This document shows positions 31,788-47,180 of a DNA stretch of 64,000 nucleotides, one piece after another; the first letter of the stretch is position 1, and every line of letters begins with the position of its first letter. Below the pieces are notes generated by a model, which was given only the letters and a program-made list of their open reading frames with translations, was not told the DNA's origin and searched no databases. Location: assembly GCA_021849295.1 (NCBI GenBank), contig JAJZTA010000014.1, forward strand, positions 13,551-77,550, in the 5' to 3' direction. The stretch is from Pseudomonadota bacterium (lineage in GTDB: Bacteria > Pseudomonadota > Alphaproteobacteria > Micavibrionales > UBA2020). The position numbers and the translations under genes were made by a program.

Positions 31788-32575
31788 GCCGCGTTCTCCT
31801 CTTGTTGTTCTTCCACGCAGGGCGTGAGGCCGCGCGTGAGCAATTCCGCCGCCAGAGCGATCGCGATCTCGCGCGGATGCTTGCCCATGACGCCTTTGAT
31901 GCCGATCGGGCAGACCAGCCGTTGCGTGTCCAATTTTAATGTTTGCAATCTTTTTCTGAACCGTGCCGATTTCGTTTTCGAGCCGATCATGCCGAGGTAG
32001 GCGAATGTGCCGTGTTCCAAGGCCGCCTTGACGATCTCGAAATCGAGCGCGTGGTTGTGGGTCATGACGACGATGTAGGTCGCGTCCGTCGCGTCTTTTA
32101 TCTTGTCGGTCAGGCGCGTGGTGACGATCTTTTTGCAGTTCTGCGGAATGTCTGCGGGGAATTCGTCCGCGCGCTCGTCCACCCATGTGACGCCGACCGG
32201 CAAGCCGTCCAGCACCTTCACCACCTCGCGCCCGACGTGCCCCGCCCCGAAAAGCAGCACCTTCTTGCGTTGCGTGGTGAACGGCTCTAGCAGCACCGTC
32301 ACATGCCCGCCGCAGCATTGCGCCAGCGCGGGGCCGAGGGGATAATCCTTGGTTTGCGGCCCTGCTGTCGCGGCCGACAAAAGCTTCCGTGCCGCCGCGA
32401 CGGATTCAAACTCGAGAGCGCCGCCGCCGATGGTGCCGAACTGTTTGTCCGCCGTGACGACCATCTTCGTCCCCGCCTCGCGCGGCGTCGAGCCTTTGGC
32501 CTCCGTCACCGTGATGAGAACGCAGGGCGTTTCGCTCGCGCGGAGATCGGTCAATACGTCCAACCAGTCGTTCAT
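31784..32575 (-). CDS. xdhC: Xanthine dehydrogenase accessory protein XdhC
   Basis: GSTPREAG, GTIGGGALE, LGPALAQCCGG, FGAGHVG, MTHNHALD, GMIGSKTK. Confidence 0.95.
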   Translation of the reverse strand: MNDWLDVLTDLRASETPCVLITVTEAKGSTPREAGTKMVVTADKQFGTIGGGALEFESVAAARKLLSAATAGPQTKDYPLGPALAQCCGGHVTVLLEPFTTQRKKVLLFGAGHVGREVVKVLDGLPVGVTWVDERADEFPADIPQNCKKIVTTRLTDKIKDATDATYIVVMTHNHALDFEIVKAALEHGTFAYLGMIGSKTKSARFRKRLQTLKLDTQRLVCPIGIKGVMGKHPREIAIALAAELLTRGLTPCVEEQQEENAA

Positions 32576-34783
32576 TTCGTCACCGCCTTTAAAATGCGCT
32601 CGGGCGTGGCGGGCGCGTCGAGATGGCCCTGCGGATTGACGGACAGGACGGCATCCTTGATCGCCAGAAACACCGCCGTGCCAAGCATCAGCGGCGGCTC
32701 GCCCACCGCCTTGGAATTGTAAATCGTGTCTTCCTGATTGACGCCGTCATAGAGAGCAACGCGGAAATCCTTGGGAATGTCGCGGCCGGTGGGAATCTTG
32801 TATGTACTTGGCGCGTGGGTTTTGAGAACACCTTTGTCGTCCCACCACAATTCCTCCGACGTCAGCCAGCCCGCGCCCTGCACGAAGCCGCCCTCGATCT
32901 GCCCGATGTCCACGGCGGGATTGATGGAGCGTCCGACATCGTGAAGAATATCCGCGCGGAGAATATTGCTCTCGCCCGTCAGCGTATCAATGATAACTTC
33001 CGCGATTGCCGCGCCGTAGGCGAAATAATAGAACGGACGGCCTTTCGCCGCCGGTCTGTCCCAGTCGATCTTCGGCGTCTTGTAAAAACCCGTTGAGGAA
33101 AGCGAAATCCGCTCCGCATAAGCCGCCATCACCAGTTCTTTCCACGGCAGGTTGCGGCCCGCGTCGAATTTATCCAGCCGCTCTTTGATCGTCAGCGCAG
33201 CAGCTTCCGCTGCCTTGCCGTTCATGTCCACGCCGCTGGAGGCCGCGGTCGCCGAGGTGTTCGGCACTTTGCCCGTGCTGGTCGCGGTGATTTTGACGAG
33301 GCCGAGCGGGATGCCGAAGGCATCCGCGACGATCTGGCAGACTTTGGTGTGCAGGCCCTGCCCCATCTCCGTGCCGCCGTGGTTGACCTGCACGCTGCCG
33401 TCTTTATAGACATGCACGAGCGCGCCCGCCTGATTGAGCATGGTGAGCGTGAAACTGATGCCGAACTTCACCGGCGTGAAGGCGATGCCTTTTTTGAGGA
33501 TCTTGCTTTTGGCGTTGAAGGCACGAACCTCCCGCACACGCTTGGCGTAATCGCCGGATTTTTCCAGTTGCGCGAAAATCTCGTGCGTGATGCTGTCCTC
33601 GACCGTCATGTAATAATGCGTGGTGCAGCGTTTGGCCAGTTTTCCCTTCGGGTCATAAAGGTTGATCTTGCGCACGTCGAGCGGCTCTTTGCCGAGTTTG
33701 CGGGCGATTTCATCCACGATATATTCGATCAGCAGCAAGCCCTGCGGCCCGCCGAAGCCGCGAAACGCGGTGTTGGAAACTTTATTCGTTTTGCAGCGGT
33801 AGCTGGTCACCTTCGCGTTGCCGAGGAAGTAGGCGTTATCAGCATGGAACATCGCGCGATCGGCGACGGCGTTGGACAAATCCGCCGAATAGCCGCAGTT
33901 GACCATATGCGTCATCTCGATGCCGCCGATCAGGCCGTTGCCGTCGAAACCGACCTTATACGTGCAGTGCAGATCGTGCCGCTTGCCGGTCATGATCATG
34001 TCGTCGTCGCGGTCGAGGCGCAGTTTCACCGGACGCCCTGTTTTGCGCGCCAGCAACGCCGCCGCGCAAGCGAACAGCGAGGCCTGACTTTCCTTACCGC
34101 CAAATCCGCCGCCCATGCGCCGGATGTCCACCGTCACCGCGTGGTCGGCAAGGCCGAGAACCTTGGCGATCAGGTGTTGCACTTCAGAGGGATGCTGGGT
34201 CGAGGACCAGCAATGCATCTCGCCGTTCTCAAGCGGCGTGGCGAGCGCCACCTGTCCTTCGAGGTAAAAATGCTCCTGCCCGCCGATGTCGAACGCGCCT
34301 TCCAAAACATGCGCGGATTTTTTAATGCCCGCGGCAGCATCGCCGATCTGCATGACGTACGGCTCGCCGACGAAAGATTTTTCCCGCACTGCGGTTTGCA
34401 CATCGAGGATGGCAGGCAGAACTTCGTATTCCACCACGGCCTTGCGTGCGGCGGCACGGGCAATCTCTATCGTTTCCGCCGCGACCGCCAGCACGGACTG
34501 TCCCGCGAACATGACTTCATTTTCGGCGAAAACCGGATCGCCGCCGAACACGGGCGCGACATCGTTCACGCCCGGAACATCTTTCGCCGTCATCACTGCA
34601 TGCACGCCGGGGATGCGGCAACCGGAAATATCGATCTTTTTGATCTTCGCGTGGGCGTGCGGGCTTTGGAGAATGTACGCCTGCAGACAGCCCGCCGGTT
34701 CGCGAATGTCGTCCGTGTAGGTCGCGCCGCCGGAGACATGCATCTCCGCGCTGTCGTGCGGCAGGGCTTCGCCCATGGATTTT

Positions 34784-34800
<17 letters not shown>
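32572..34800 (-). CDS. xdhB: Xanthine dehydrogenase molybdopterin-binding subunit
   Basis: GGQEHFYLEGQ, RMGGGFGGKE, TAFRGFGGPQG, GTEMGQG, TAASSG, GQIEGGFVQG, KAVGEPP. Confidence 0.96.
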
Positions 34801-39523
<4,723 letters not shown>

Positions 39524-39563
39524 TTATAAATCAGTTATTTAAATGACATGGCGACATTGTGTA

Positions 39564-39591
39564 TTGACACTATGTAAATAAAATTTATTAT
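39564..39591 (+). promoter_or_regulatory. Putative sigma70 promoter
   Basis: TTGACA (39564-39569), 16 bp, TATTAT in an AT-rich intergenic region. Confidence 0.45.
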
Positions 39592-39622
39592 GTATATATC
39601 TGGAGAGGCAGAGGAAATTTTC

Positions 39623-40543
39623 ATGGCCTTCGGCAAAAGCAAAAAAGAGACGGCGGCAGCGCCCGCGGCAGAACAAGCCTATGAGACAGGCCTGCACGGC
39701 ACCGTTGCAGAGTTGCGTGCGTTCAACGCCGCCGCCAAGACCTACGTCGAGACCAAAAAAGCCATATTCGATGCCTATGATAAAAAATCCAACAGCGGCA
39801 TGTCTCTCATGCACAGCCTTTCAAAATACTTTCAGCTCAGCGCAGCGTGGGAGGCAGCGGTGGATGTGCCTTACCAAATGCATCGGGAACTGAAAAAAGG
39901 CGCTATCGAGGCCTTCCTCGACGGGCATCCGGAAAACCTGCAGGAAATGCTTGCCCAGCCGCAAGAGTTTCTCGAAGACCGGTACCAGAATGAAAAAGAG
40001 TTTCGCAACAGGTTGCTCATACAACTGGCGGACAAAATGCCCGATGCCGGTGTTCCGCTGCTCGCCCTCGCCAAAGTGGGGAAAGAAGCCCGGCAGGAAA
40101 TACTTAACGATGCGCTCTATACGCTGGTGAACGACTATGACGACGTCGAAAAAGAGACTTCCGCCCTGCTCGCAGCGGGTGCGGACGCCTCTTACAGCTC
40201 CAGTATCACCCTCGCCGCCGCCATTCACAAAGGCAAGCCCGCCGCCGTCATCGACATGCTGCTCGAAAACGGCGCGAGCTATCAGGCGGCGCTTGAAAGA
40301 ATGCAGGCCCACTCCGACTATTACGGCGACAAGACGCAGAAAATCGCCTACGACGAATACCGGCGCGAGACCGAAGCCCGCCTAGAGGCGCAGGAAAAGC
40401 GCATCAGGGAGCTGGAAGAAACCGTCGCGGAACTGACAAAGAAAAAAGATAAAGCCTCCGCCCCGGAAACCGGAGCAGCACAGAAGCCCGCAGGCCCGCA
40501 ACCGCATGCGGCGGTCTTCGTCGAAAAATTCCGGAAGTTTTAA
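39623..40543 (+). CDS. Hypothetical protein with ankyrin-like repeats and coiled coil
   Basis: SD GAGGA before ATG 39623; ALLAAGADAS, LAAAIHKGK ... IDMLLENGAS; coiled coil RLEAQEKRIRELEETVAEL. Confidence 0.7.
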   Translation: MAFGKSKKETAAAPAAEQAYETGLHGTVAELRAFNAAAKTYVETKKAIFDAYDKKSNSGMSLMHSLSKYFQLSAAWEAAVDVPYQMHRELKKGAIEAFLDGHPENLQEMLAQPQEFLEDRYQNEKEFRNRLLIQLADKMPDAGVPLLALAKVGKEARQEILNDALYTLVNDYDDVEKETSALLAAGADASYSSSITLAAAIHKGKPAAVIDMLLENGASYQAALERMQAHSDYYGDKTQKIAYDEYRRETEARLEAQEKRIRELEETVAELTKKKDKASAPETGAAQKPAGPQPHAAVFVEKFRKF

Positions 40544-40938
40544 GGTTTCATTTTCCCGCGGAAATAATCGCAGGCCGGCGCGTCGCCGGAATAAACCGCG
40601 CTCGCAATGCTGCCTTTATCGACGCTGACCACCAGACGGCATTCCCAGGTATAGGTTTGCACGTCCCTGCCCCTCATCCCCGGACGATAGACAACGTTTT
40701 TGCCGACGACGGAAACGCTCGGTCCCTGCTCCGGCAGATTGCTCTGCCATGCCACATCATGCGTCCAGACATAAACGTCATTCATGCCGTGCTGCCGGAT
40801 CGTTTGTTGCGGGCTGCCGAAATGCCCGACGGCGGCCGACAGCGGCTGCCCTCTCAACTGCGGCAACTCCGCGGTGCGCGGGGCGGAAGCGCACGATGCC
40901 AGCAGCAGCGCCGCGAAAATGGGAAACGCTTTTTTCAT
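40540..40938 (-). CDS. Hypothetical lipoprotein
   Basis: [16 protein letters not shown] lipobox; FGSP, YVW, Cys pair. Confidence 0.75.
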   Translation of the reverse strand: MKKAFPIFAALLLASCASAPRTAELPQLRGQPLSAAVGHFGSPQQTIRQHGMNDVYVWTHDVAWQSNLPEQGPSVSVVGKNVVYRPGMRGRDVQTYTWECRLVVSVDKGSIASAVYSGDAPACDYFRGKMKP

Positions 40939-41140
40939 CTTGCTATCTTCACCCCCATCCCTTCCGGCGGCTTTGATTGTCATCAAAGCGAATTTTCCCT
41001 TTATCTCCGCGGCACGTCAATCGCGCCTGAAAAATAACGGCCATATTTTCCAGATCGTGTGTTTCAACCCGCAAACGCCATTGATTTTAGCGGACATTTT
41101 GCACAGAATGAGGGCCAAAAGCAAAGAAGGATACATCAGC

Positions 41141-42532
41141 ATGAACACGCGTACCGAAAGCGACTCCATGGGCGAAGTCAAAGTCCCCGCCGACAAATAC
41201 TGGGGCGCGCAGACGCAACGCTCGTTCGAGAATTTCAAGATCGGCACGGAAAAAATGCCCCTGCCCCTGATCCACGCGCTCGGCGTGCAGAAAAAGGCCG
41301 CCGCGCTGACCAACATGGAACTCGGCGTGCTCGACAGGAAAATCGGCGACGCCATCGTCAAGGCGGCGGACGAAGTCATGCAGGGCAAGCTCGACGACCA
41401 CTTCCCCCTCGCCGTGTGGCAGACGGGCTCGGGCACGCAGACCAACATGAACGCCAACGAGGTCATCGCCAACCGCGCCATCGAAATCCTCGGCGGCGAG
41501 ATCGGCTCGAAAAAACCGGTGCACCCGAACGACCACGTCAACATGGGGCAGTCGTCGAACGATACTTTTCCGACCGTCATGCACATCTCCGCCGCGGGGC
41601 AGATGCAAAAAGAACTGATCCCCGCGCTTGAACATTTACATGGCGCGTTGCAGGCCAAGTCCGATGCGTTCAAGGACATCATCAAGATCGGCAGGACCCA
41701 CTTGCAGGACGCGACGCCCGTGACGCTCGGGCAGGAATTTTCCGGCTATGCCTGCCAGGTGAAATACGCCATTGACAGGGTCAAATCCTGCCTGCCGCGT
41801 TTGAGCCAGCTCGCGCAGGGCGGCACCGCCGTCGGCACGGGGCTCAACTGCAAGAAAGGCTTCCCCGAACTCTTCGCCAAAAAAGTCTCGGAGATCACCG
41901 GCCTCCCCTTCATCACGGCGGAAAACAAATTCGAGGCGCTCGCCGCGCACGACGCGGTCGTCGAGGCCTCGGGCGTCGCCAACACCATCGCCTGCTCGCT
42001 GATGAAAATCGCCAACGACATACGTCTTTTGGGCTCCGGCCCGCGCTGCGGCATCGGCGAGATCCACCTGCCCGAGAACGAGCCCGGCTCCTCCATCATG
42101 CCCGGCAAGGTCAACCCGACCCAGTCCGAAGCCATGACGATGGTCTGTGTGCAGGTGATGGGCAACCACACCACGGTTTCCATCGCCGGCTCCAACGGGC
42201 ATTTCGAACTCAACGTCTTCAAGCCGGTTTTGATCTTCAACCTGCTGCAGTCGATCCGCCTGCTCGCCGATGCAAGCCGCAGTTTCACCGACAACTGCGT
42301 CGTCGGCATCGAGCCGAACACAGCGCGCATCACCAAGCTTTTGAATGAAAGCCTGATGCTGGTCACCGCGCTCAACCCCGTCATCGGCTACGACAAGGCG
42401 GCAAAAATCGCCAAGAAAGCGCTGCACGACGGGCAAACGCTCAAAGAAGCCGCGGTGGAGCTGGATTTCCTCAGCGCCAACGACTTCGACAAGGCCGTAC
42501 GCCCCGAAGCCATGATCGGAATGAAAGACTAA
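41141..42532 (+). CDS. fumC: Class II fumarate hydratase
   Basis: [42 protein letters not shown]. Confidence 0.98.
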   Translation: MNTRTESDSMGEVKVPADKYWGAQTQRSFENFKIGTEKMPLPLIHALGVQKKAAALTNMELGVLDRKIGDAIVKAADEVMQGKLDDHFPLAVWQTGSGTQTNMNANEVIANRAIEILGGEIGSKKPVHPNDHVNMGQSSNDTFPTVMHISAAGQMQKELIPALEHLHGALQAKSDAFKDIIKIGRTHLQDATPVTLGQEFSGYACQVKYAIDRVKSCLPRLSQLAQGGTAVGTGLNCKKGFPELFAKKVSEITGLPFITAENKFEALAAHDAVVEASGVANTIACSLMKIANDIRLLGSGPRCGIGEIHLPENEPGSSIMPGKVNPTQSEAMTMVCVQVMGNHTTVSIAGSNGHFELNVFKPVLIFNLLQSIRLLADASRSFTDNCVVGIEPNTARITKLLNESLMLVTALNPVIGYDKAAKIAKKALHDGQTLKEAAVELDFLSANDFDKAVRPEAMIGMKD

Positions 42533-42552
42533 ACTAAAGGACTGGAACCGAA

Positions 42553-42774
42553 ATGCCCGACAACAATATCAAACGTTCGGTGACCGTCGCGGGCCACCGC
42601 ACCAGCATCACGCTGGAATCCGCCTTCTGGGAGGCGCTGAAAGAGATCGCCGTCGCCCAAAACAAATCCGTCAACGGACTGATCGCTGAGATAGACAGCC
42701 TGCAACCGGTCAACCTGTCGAGCGCGATCAGGGTCTTTATCCTGAAATTTTACAAAGAAAAATCAAATAGTTAA
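42553..42774 (+). CDS. Ribbon-helix-helix protein (RHH_4)
   Basis: KRSVTVAGHRTSITLESAFW, NLSSAIRVF; commonly follows fumC in alphaproteobacteria. Confidence 0.9.
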   Translation: MPDNNIKRSVTVAGHRTSITLESAFWEALKEIAVAQNKSVNGLIAEIDSLQPVNLSSAIRVFILKFYKEKSNS

Positions 42775-42852
42775 AATTGCATCGAGTTTATTATTGATAT
42801 AATATGGAAACAAGATTAGTGTGGCCTTTTATTTTAATTGGGGCTTCACGGT

Positions 42853-43495
42853 ATGGAATCTGCAGCTTTTCATTTCAATCAAGCCGTCATGCAGGCACGG
42901 CGCGATTATCCCGAAGAAACGGCGAATACTGTTTTCGCGGACACGTCTACCTTTCACGGCAGACGCACAGTAAAGAAATTTTTTAAGAAAAGCATCCCCG
43001 CTTGGTGGCAATTCAACAAGCAAGCCCGTCAAAGCAGAAAACATTTCAACAGAGAGATTTTTTATGCCGGAGCATGGAAAGAAAAAGACAAATCTCTTAT
43101 CTGTATCAACCCGACAAACATTGAAAGAGAGCTTAAAGGCACGCTAAAAAATCTCTATTTCGTTTTTAATCATGAACTTGGCCATATCATTCTCCCCAAC
43201 GCGTATCATAGAAGCTGGGTCTTCGATCCGCCCACGCCTGAACAAAAAAAATCATGATGAAAACGTTGCCGACTTCTTCTCTTTACTGCGCTGCATCAAT
43301 CTAGGTGTCGCGCATAACGAAACCGCTATAATACTCTACAAGGAAAGAGCGCAATACGCTTCAGATCCCGCCATCAAGGACGATCGGCATCGCATGACAT
43401 CCGAAACGTTCGCCAAACTGAAAGAAGTTTTGAAAAGTCATAGCCCTGCAAAGTTCACGCCGCAAACTGTCAAAAAAATCGCCATGAAAATTTAA
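42853..43495 (+). pseudogene. Frameshifted low-GC zinc metallopeptidase-like gene
   Basis: FNHELGH in frame 1; third-ligand motif ENVADFF in frame 2; the frames join at A8 (43244-43251) if one A is removed. Confidence 0.7.
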
Positions 43496-44394
43496 GGCCG
43501 CGCCTTGTCGTCCGTGGACATCTCCGACGCCTTCAGCGCCTCGGCCAGCCTGTTTTGCGCAGCTCCGGGCTTAAGCGGCTTTTGCTGACTCTCATCCGGC
43601 GCCCAGCCGATCGCGTAGATGACATGGAACGTCGCGGGCACGGTGCCCTCCGCATCCGCGAACCTGTCGTGATAGATCTTTGCCGCCTGCAGCAAAACCC
43701 CGCGCCGCGTCGGCTTCGTCAGGCGGTTATAGGTCGCGTTGCTCGCGCCCATGCCGCGCAAGTCCTGCATCAGCTTTAAAGGATGGGCGTAGCGCACGAC
43801 GATTTTGTCGCTGTCCACCACGGGCAGCGCGAAGCCCGCCCGCTGCATCAGCGCGCCGACGTCCTGCGAATCCGCGAAGGGCGACACGCGCGGGCTCGCC
43901 CCGCCGGTCACGGCCAGCTCGGCCTCCATCAGGCACTGGCGCAGTTCGTAAAGGCTCTCGCCGCCGAGCAGCGCCGCCATGAACATGCCGTCCGCTTTTA
44001 AAGCCTGCTTCATTTGCAAAAGCGCCCCCGGCAGATCGTTGACCCAGTGCAAATGCAGATTGCTCACGATGGCATCGACGCTGCCCTTGGCCAGCGGCAA
44101 AAACTCCTCGTCCATCACCACGTCCGGCCGCATGCCGAAGGCCGCATCCATGCGGATGATATGCTCCGTTCCCTTGCGCGCCTGCAGATGCGCCGCGGGC
44201 GCGCCGCCGAGACTGACCATCAAGGGAAATTCCCGTTTGACGAGATCAAGGCGCTCGTCCAGCCTTTCCGCCACTTCCCTGTAAAGAAAATCATATTGCG
44301 CAATGCTATGCGCCGCGCGCTCGCGGCGACGCCGCAACAGGTTGCGGTCGAAGACTTCGATCGATGAAGCCGGTCCGGATTTCTGCTGCGTCAT
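43492..44394 (-). CDS. SAM-dependent methyltransferase, BioC/NDUFAF5-like
   Basis: FDRNLLRRRRERA, LHWVNDLPG, GGASPRVSPF, LMQRAGFALPVVD, LMQDLRGMG. Confidence 0.92.
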   Translation of the reverse strand: MTQQKSGPASSIEVFDRNLLRRRRERAAHSIAQYDFLYREVAERLDERLDLVKREFPLMVSLGGAPAAHLQARKGTEHIIRMDAAFGMRPDVVMDEEFLPLAKGSVDAIVSNLHLHWVNDLPGALLQMKQALKADGMFMAALLGGESLYELRQCLMEAELAVTGGASPRVSPFADSQDVGALMQRAGFALPVVDSDKIVVRYAHPLKLMQDLRGMGASNATYNRLTKPTRRGVLLQAAKIYHDRFADAEGTVPATFHVIYAIGWAPDESQQKPLKPGAAQNRLAEALKASEMSTDDKARP

Positions 44395-47066
44395 CAGTTT
44401 TTCGGCGGCGTGTTATCGCCCATCGTCGGCGCGGGCGGCTTGAGCTCCGGCGCGCGCGGTTTCAGTTTCGGCAGAGATTTTCCGATCATGCCGATGCTCT
44501 TGTCCACCTTCTTGATCCCCGCCGTTCCCTTGACGTTGACCTTGGCCTGCGCATAGCTCTGGCGCAGGCGTTTGCCGGACGGCACAACCGGCTGTTGCGG
44601 CAGCGGCGCGCTATCGCCCTGCTTGCCGCGCTGTCCCAGAATGCGCGACGGGATCGCCGAATAGCCCGCGTGCGTCGCTTCGATGGCAACCTTCTCCGTG
44701 GAAAGCGAAAAGCCCTGATATTTCTTGTGCGCGTCGTCCCTTGTCATGCTCGCGCTCATGTCGTGATTCAGCTCCTTCATGTGGCGCATGTGGAACGTCG
44801 CGATCGACTTCATCGTCGCTAGGCCGATATTATAGTTTTTGCCGAACATGAAGATCATGGTCGCGACGACGCTTTCGAGCATATAGGTGACGTTCCATTT
44901 TTCGGCGTCCTCGCCCGACGCGACCGTAAAAGGATAAATCCGCTGCGGCATCACCCCGAGGTGGGTGAAGAAGCTCGGCCCCAGCGGCGACACCAGATCG
45001 ACGTCGACGCGGAACTGCAGCGCGACGTAGGCGCGCGCCTCCTCCATGCTGCGCACGTCTTTCGGCAGCGGGAAGCTCGGCGCGTTGAGCGTCGCGCCGG
45101 TGCCGCCCATGCGGTTCGGCACCGGCATGATCTTGGGCTCCAGCGCGACCAGCAGGTTATTGTCCCAGTCCCGCGTGATCGGCAGGACGAGCGCGATGTT
45201 CTCCACGCCGTCGTCCGCCGTGATATATTCGACGTCCCGCGCGGAGAGGCTGCGCGTCTGGTTGCCAACCTTGCCTTCCTCGATGAAGACGGCCTTGACG
45301 GGCTTGAGGCGGACGGCCGTGCCTTTTCTTTCCTCCTCGAATTCGGCGGGCTCGGCCTTTTTCAGGACTTCCTCCGGATCGGCGGCGCGGACCGATTGCC
45401 GCACCGTCTTGGGCATGACCTCGCCGATCCACTCCGGCACCGGAATGTTGCTGCGGCGCATCAGGTCCATGACGTGCAGCTCCAGCCGCGGCTCCGGCAG
45501 AAGGCCGACCTGCGCCGCGAGCATGATGTCGGCGGCGTCCAGCTCGGTGATCGTGCCGAGCTCGGTGAAGAGCGCGTCCTTGTCGCTATGGATCGGCCAC
45601 GACGTCTTGCCCGGATTTTCGACCTCCAGAAAGACGCCCTCGATCGCCTCGTCGATCTGGTCGGGCGCGGGGAAATAGGTTTCGCCGACGAACCAGTTCT
45701 CGTCGTTCTTCGCGCGCAGCCCCGCGTAGGAGCGCACATAATCGAAAATCATCTTGCGGTTGTCCTCGACATCGTCCGACATGCTGACGGTCGCCATCGA
45801 GATCGGCTCGATCAGGTGGCCGGACCATCTCTTGCCGTCGAGGTTGTGCCGCCCGTGCAGTCCGGCGTTGATGATCGGACGCGGATAGCCGCTGCGCACG
45901 TAGATCATCAGCCTGTTGTCGGGCGTGATCCGGTAGGGAATGACGTCGCAATATTCTCCGGGGCGCTTGACCAGTTCGTGCACGGTGCCGGACTTTTTGT
46001 CGCGCACCACCATCACCTGCAAATCGCCGAGCGGCGCCGGCGACGGACGGCGTTCCTCCAGCAGGAGGCTTTGCTTGTCCGCCACTTTCTGCGTGATGAT
46101 GAAGTGGTTGGTCGACGGATACCCCATCGGCCTGCCGTCCACGGAATAAAACTGGAACTGCCCCTTGAAGCGGTTATTGACCACCCACGGGTTCGCGTAA
46201 GGCGACGAAAACACCATGCGCATGCCGATTTTCGAGCATTCGCGCGCGTAATCCTGCGCCGTGAAGAAGGTATATTCCTCGCGGAGCGTCTTGTTCCAGT
46301 TGGCGCGGGAATCCTTGCGGTGGACGAACTCGATCGCCCACTTGTGCGGCAGGCGGAACAGGCGCGTGTTGGGGCGCAGCGGCTTGATCTCCTCGAGCCG
46401 GAAACCCTCCGCGCCGCCGTTGGGGAGCGGGCGCGCCGTGTGCGCGAAGCGTATCAGCAGATCCGCGTCCGACAACAGCGCCACGTCCTTGCCCTTGCTG
46501 CGAATGTTGGGAAATTCCAGCAGGACGTTTTCGTCTTCCGGCGGCATCATGTAATCGCGGATTAGCATCGTGCCGCCGGTTTTGAGCTTCTTCACCTGTT
46601 TTTCGAGCAGACGGCCGATCTCGTCCGGATTGTAGCCCGCGTCGGAATAGATGCCGTGCAGGATGTTCGAATTGACTATGCCGTCGATGGATTCATCCTC
46701 GAAATCGGGAATGTCGATCCCCGACTGGACGAACGACAGGTTCGGCAGGCGGAACGTCTTGCGGGCGAAGGCGATCACCGACGGATCGCGGTCCACGCCG
46801 ATCACTTCCAGCCGCGGATTGAGCCGCGCCAGAACGTAGGTCACCTCGCCCGTCGCGCAGCCCATGTCGACGATGCGCGCGCCCGCGGGCAACAGAAAGT
46901 GCGCGGAAATCCGCGCCGCCTTTTCCTCGATGAAATCCGGCAACTGGATGAAGGTGCGCGGACGCAACGGATCATCCTTCGCACGCGCGGAGAAATTCCG
47001 GATGCTCTCGGCAACCTGCCGGTCAATCTCCGATTTGCCGTTCTCTGTTTTGTCGTTCTCTGACAC
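44394..47066 (-). CDS. 890-aa class I SAM methyltransferase fused to degenerate Nudix-like domains
   Basis: IVDMGCATG, VIGVD, NILHGIYS, LKTGGTMLIRD; C-terminal half has two Nudix-like segments; GTG start; stop overlaps the next ATG. Confidence 0.75.
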   Translation of the reverse strand: MSENDKTENGKSEIDRQVAESIRNFSARAKDDPLRPRTFIQLPDFIEEKAARISAHFLLPAGARIVDMGCATGEVTYVLARLNPRLEVIGVDRDPSVIAFARKTFRLPNLSFVQSGIDIPDFEDESIDGIVNSNILHGIYSDAGYNPDEIGRLLEKQVKKLKTGGTMLIRDYMMPPEDENVLLEFPNIRSKGKDVALLSDADLLIRFAHTARPLPNGGAEGFRLEEIKPLRPNTRLFRLPHKWAIEFVHRKDSRANWNKTLREEYTFFTAQDYARECSKIGMRMVFSSPYANPWVVNNRFKGQFQFYSVDGRPMGYPSTNHFIITQKVADKQSLLLEERRPSPAPLGDLQVMVVRDKKSGTVHELVKRPGEYCDVIPYRITPDNRLMIYVRSGYPRPIINAGLHGRHNLDGKRWSGHLIEPISMATVSMSDDVEDNRKMIFDYVRSYAGLRAKNDENWFVGETYFPAPDQIDEAIEGVFLEVENPGKTSWPIHSDKDALFTELGTITELDAADIMLAAQVGLLPEPRLELHVMDLMRRSNIPVPEWIGEVMPKTVRQSVRAADPEEVLKKAEPAEFEEERKGTAVRLKPVKAVFIEEGKVGNQTRSLSARDVEYITADDGVENIALVLPITRDWDNNLLVALEPKIMPVPNRMGGTGATLNAPSFPLPKDVRSMEEARAYVALQFRVDVDLVSPLGPSFFTHLGVMPQRIYPFTVASGEDAEKWNVTYMLESVVATMIFMFGKNYNIGLATMKSIATFHMRHMKELNHDMSASMTRDDAHKKYQGFSLSTEKVAIEATHAGYSAIPSRILGQRGKQGDSAPLPQQPVVPSGKRLRQSYAQAKVNVKGTAGIKKVDKSIGMIGKSLPKLKPRAPELKPPAPTMGDNTPPKN

Positions 47067-47180
47067 GGTCCTGCCTTTGCGCCTGCCTCCAATATTCTAT
47101 ACTAATACGGAAAAAGAGTGTTTTCAACAGGCTACGCCCTGTTTTTTACACGAACAGACACCGGCTTGGAACAGGCGGAC

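Noticed and set aside
30177-32318. 713-aa extended malate synthase, and similar 5' extensions of tolR, ruvA, add and fumC in the ORF track
   Set aside because: The extensions overlap neighbouring genes; the real starts are internal and match family N-termini
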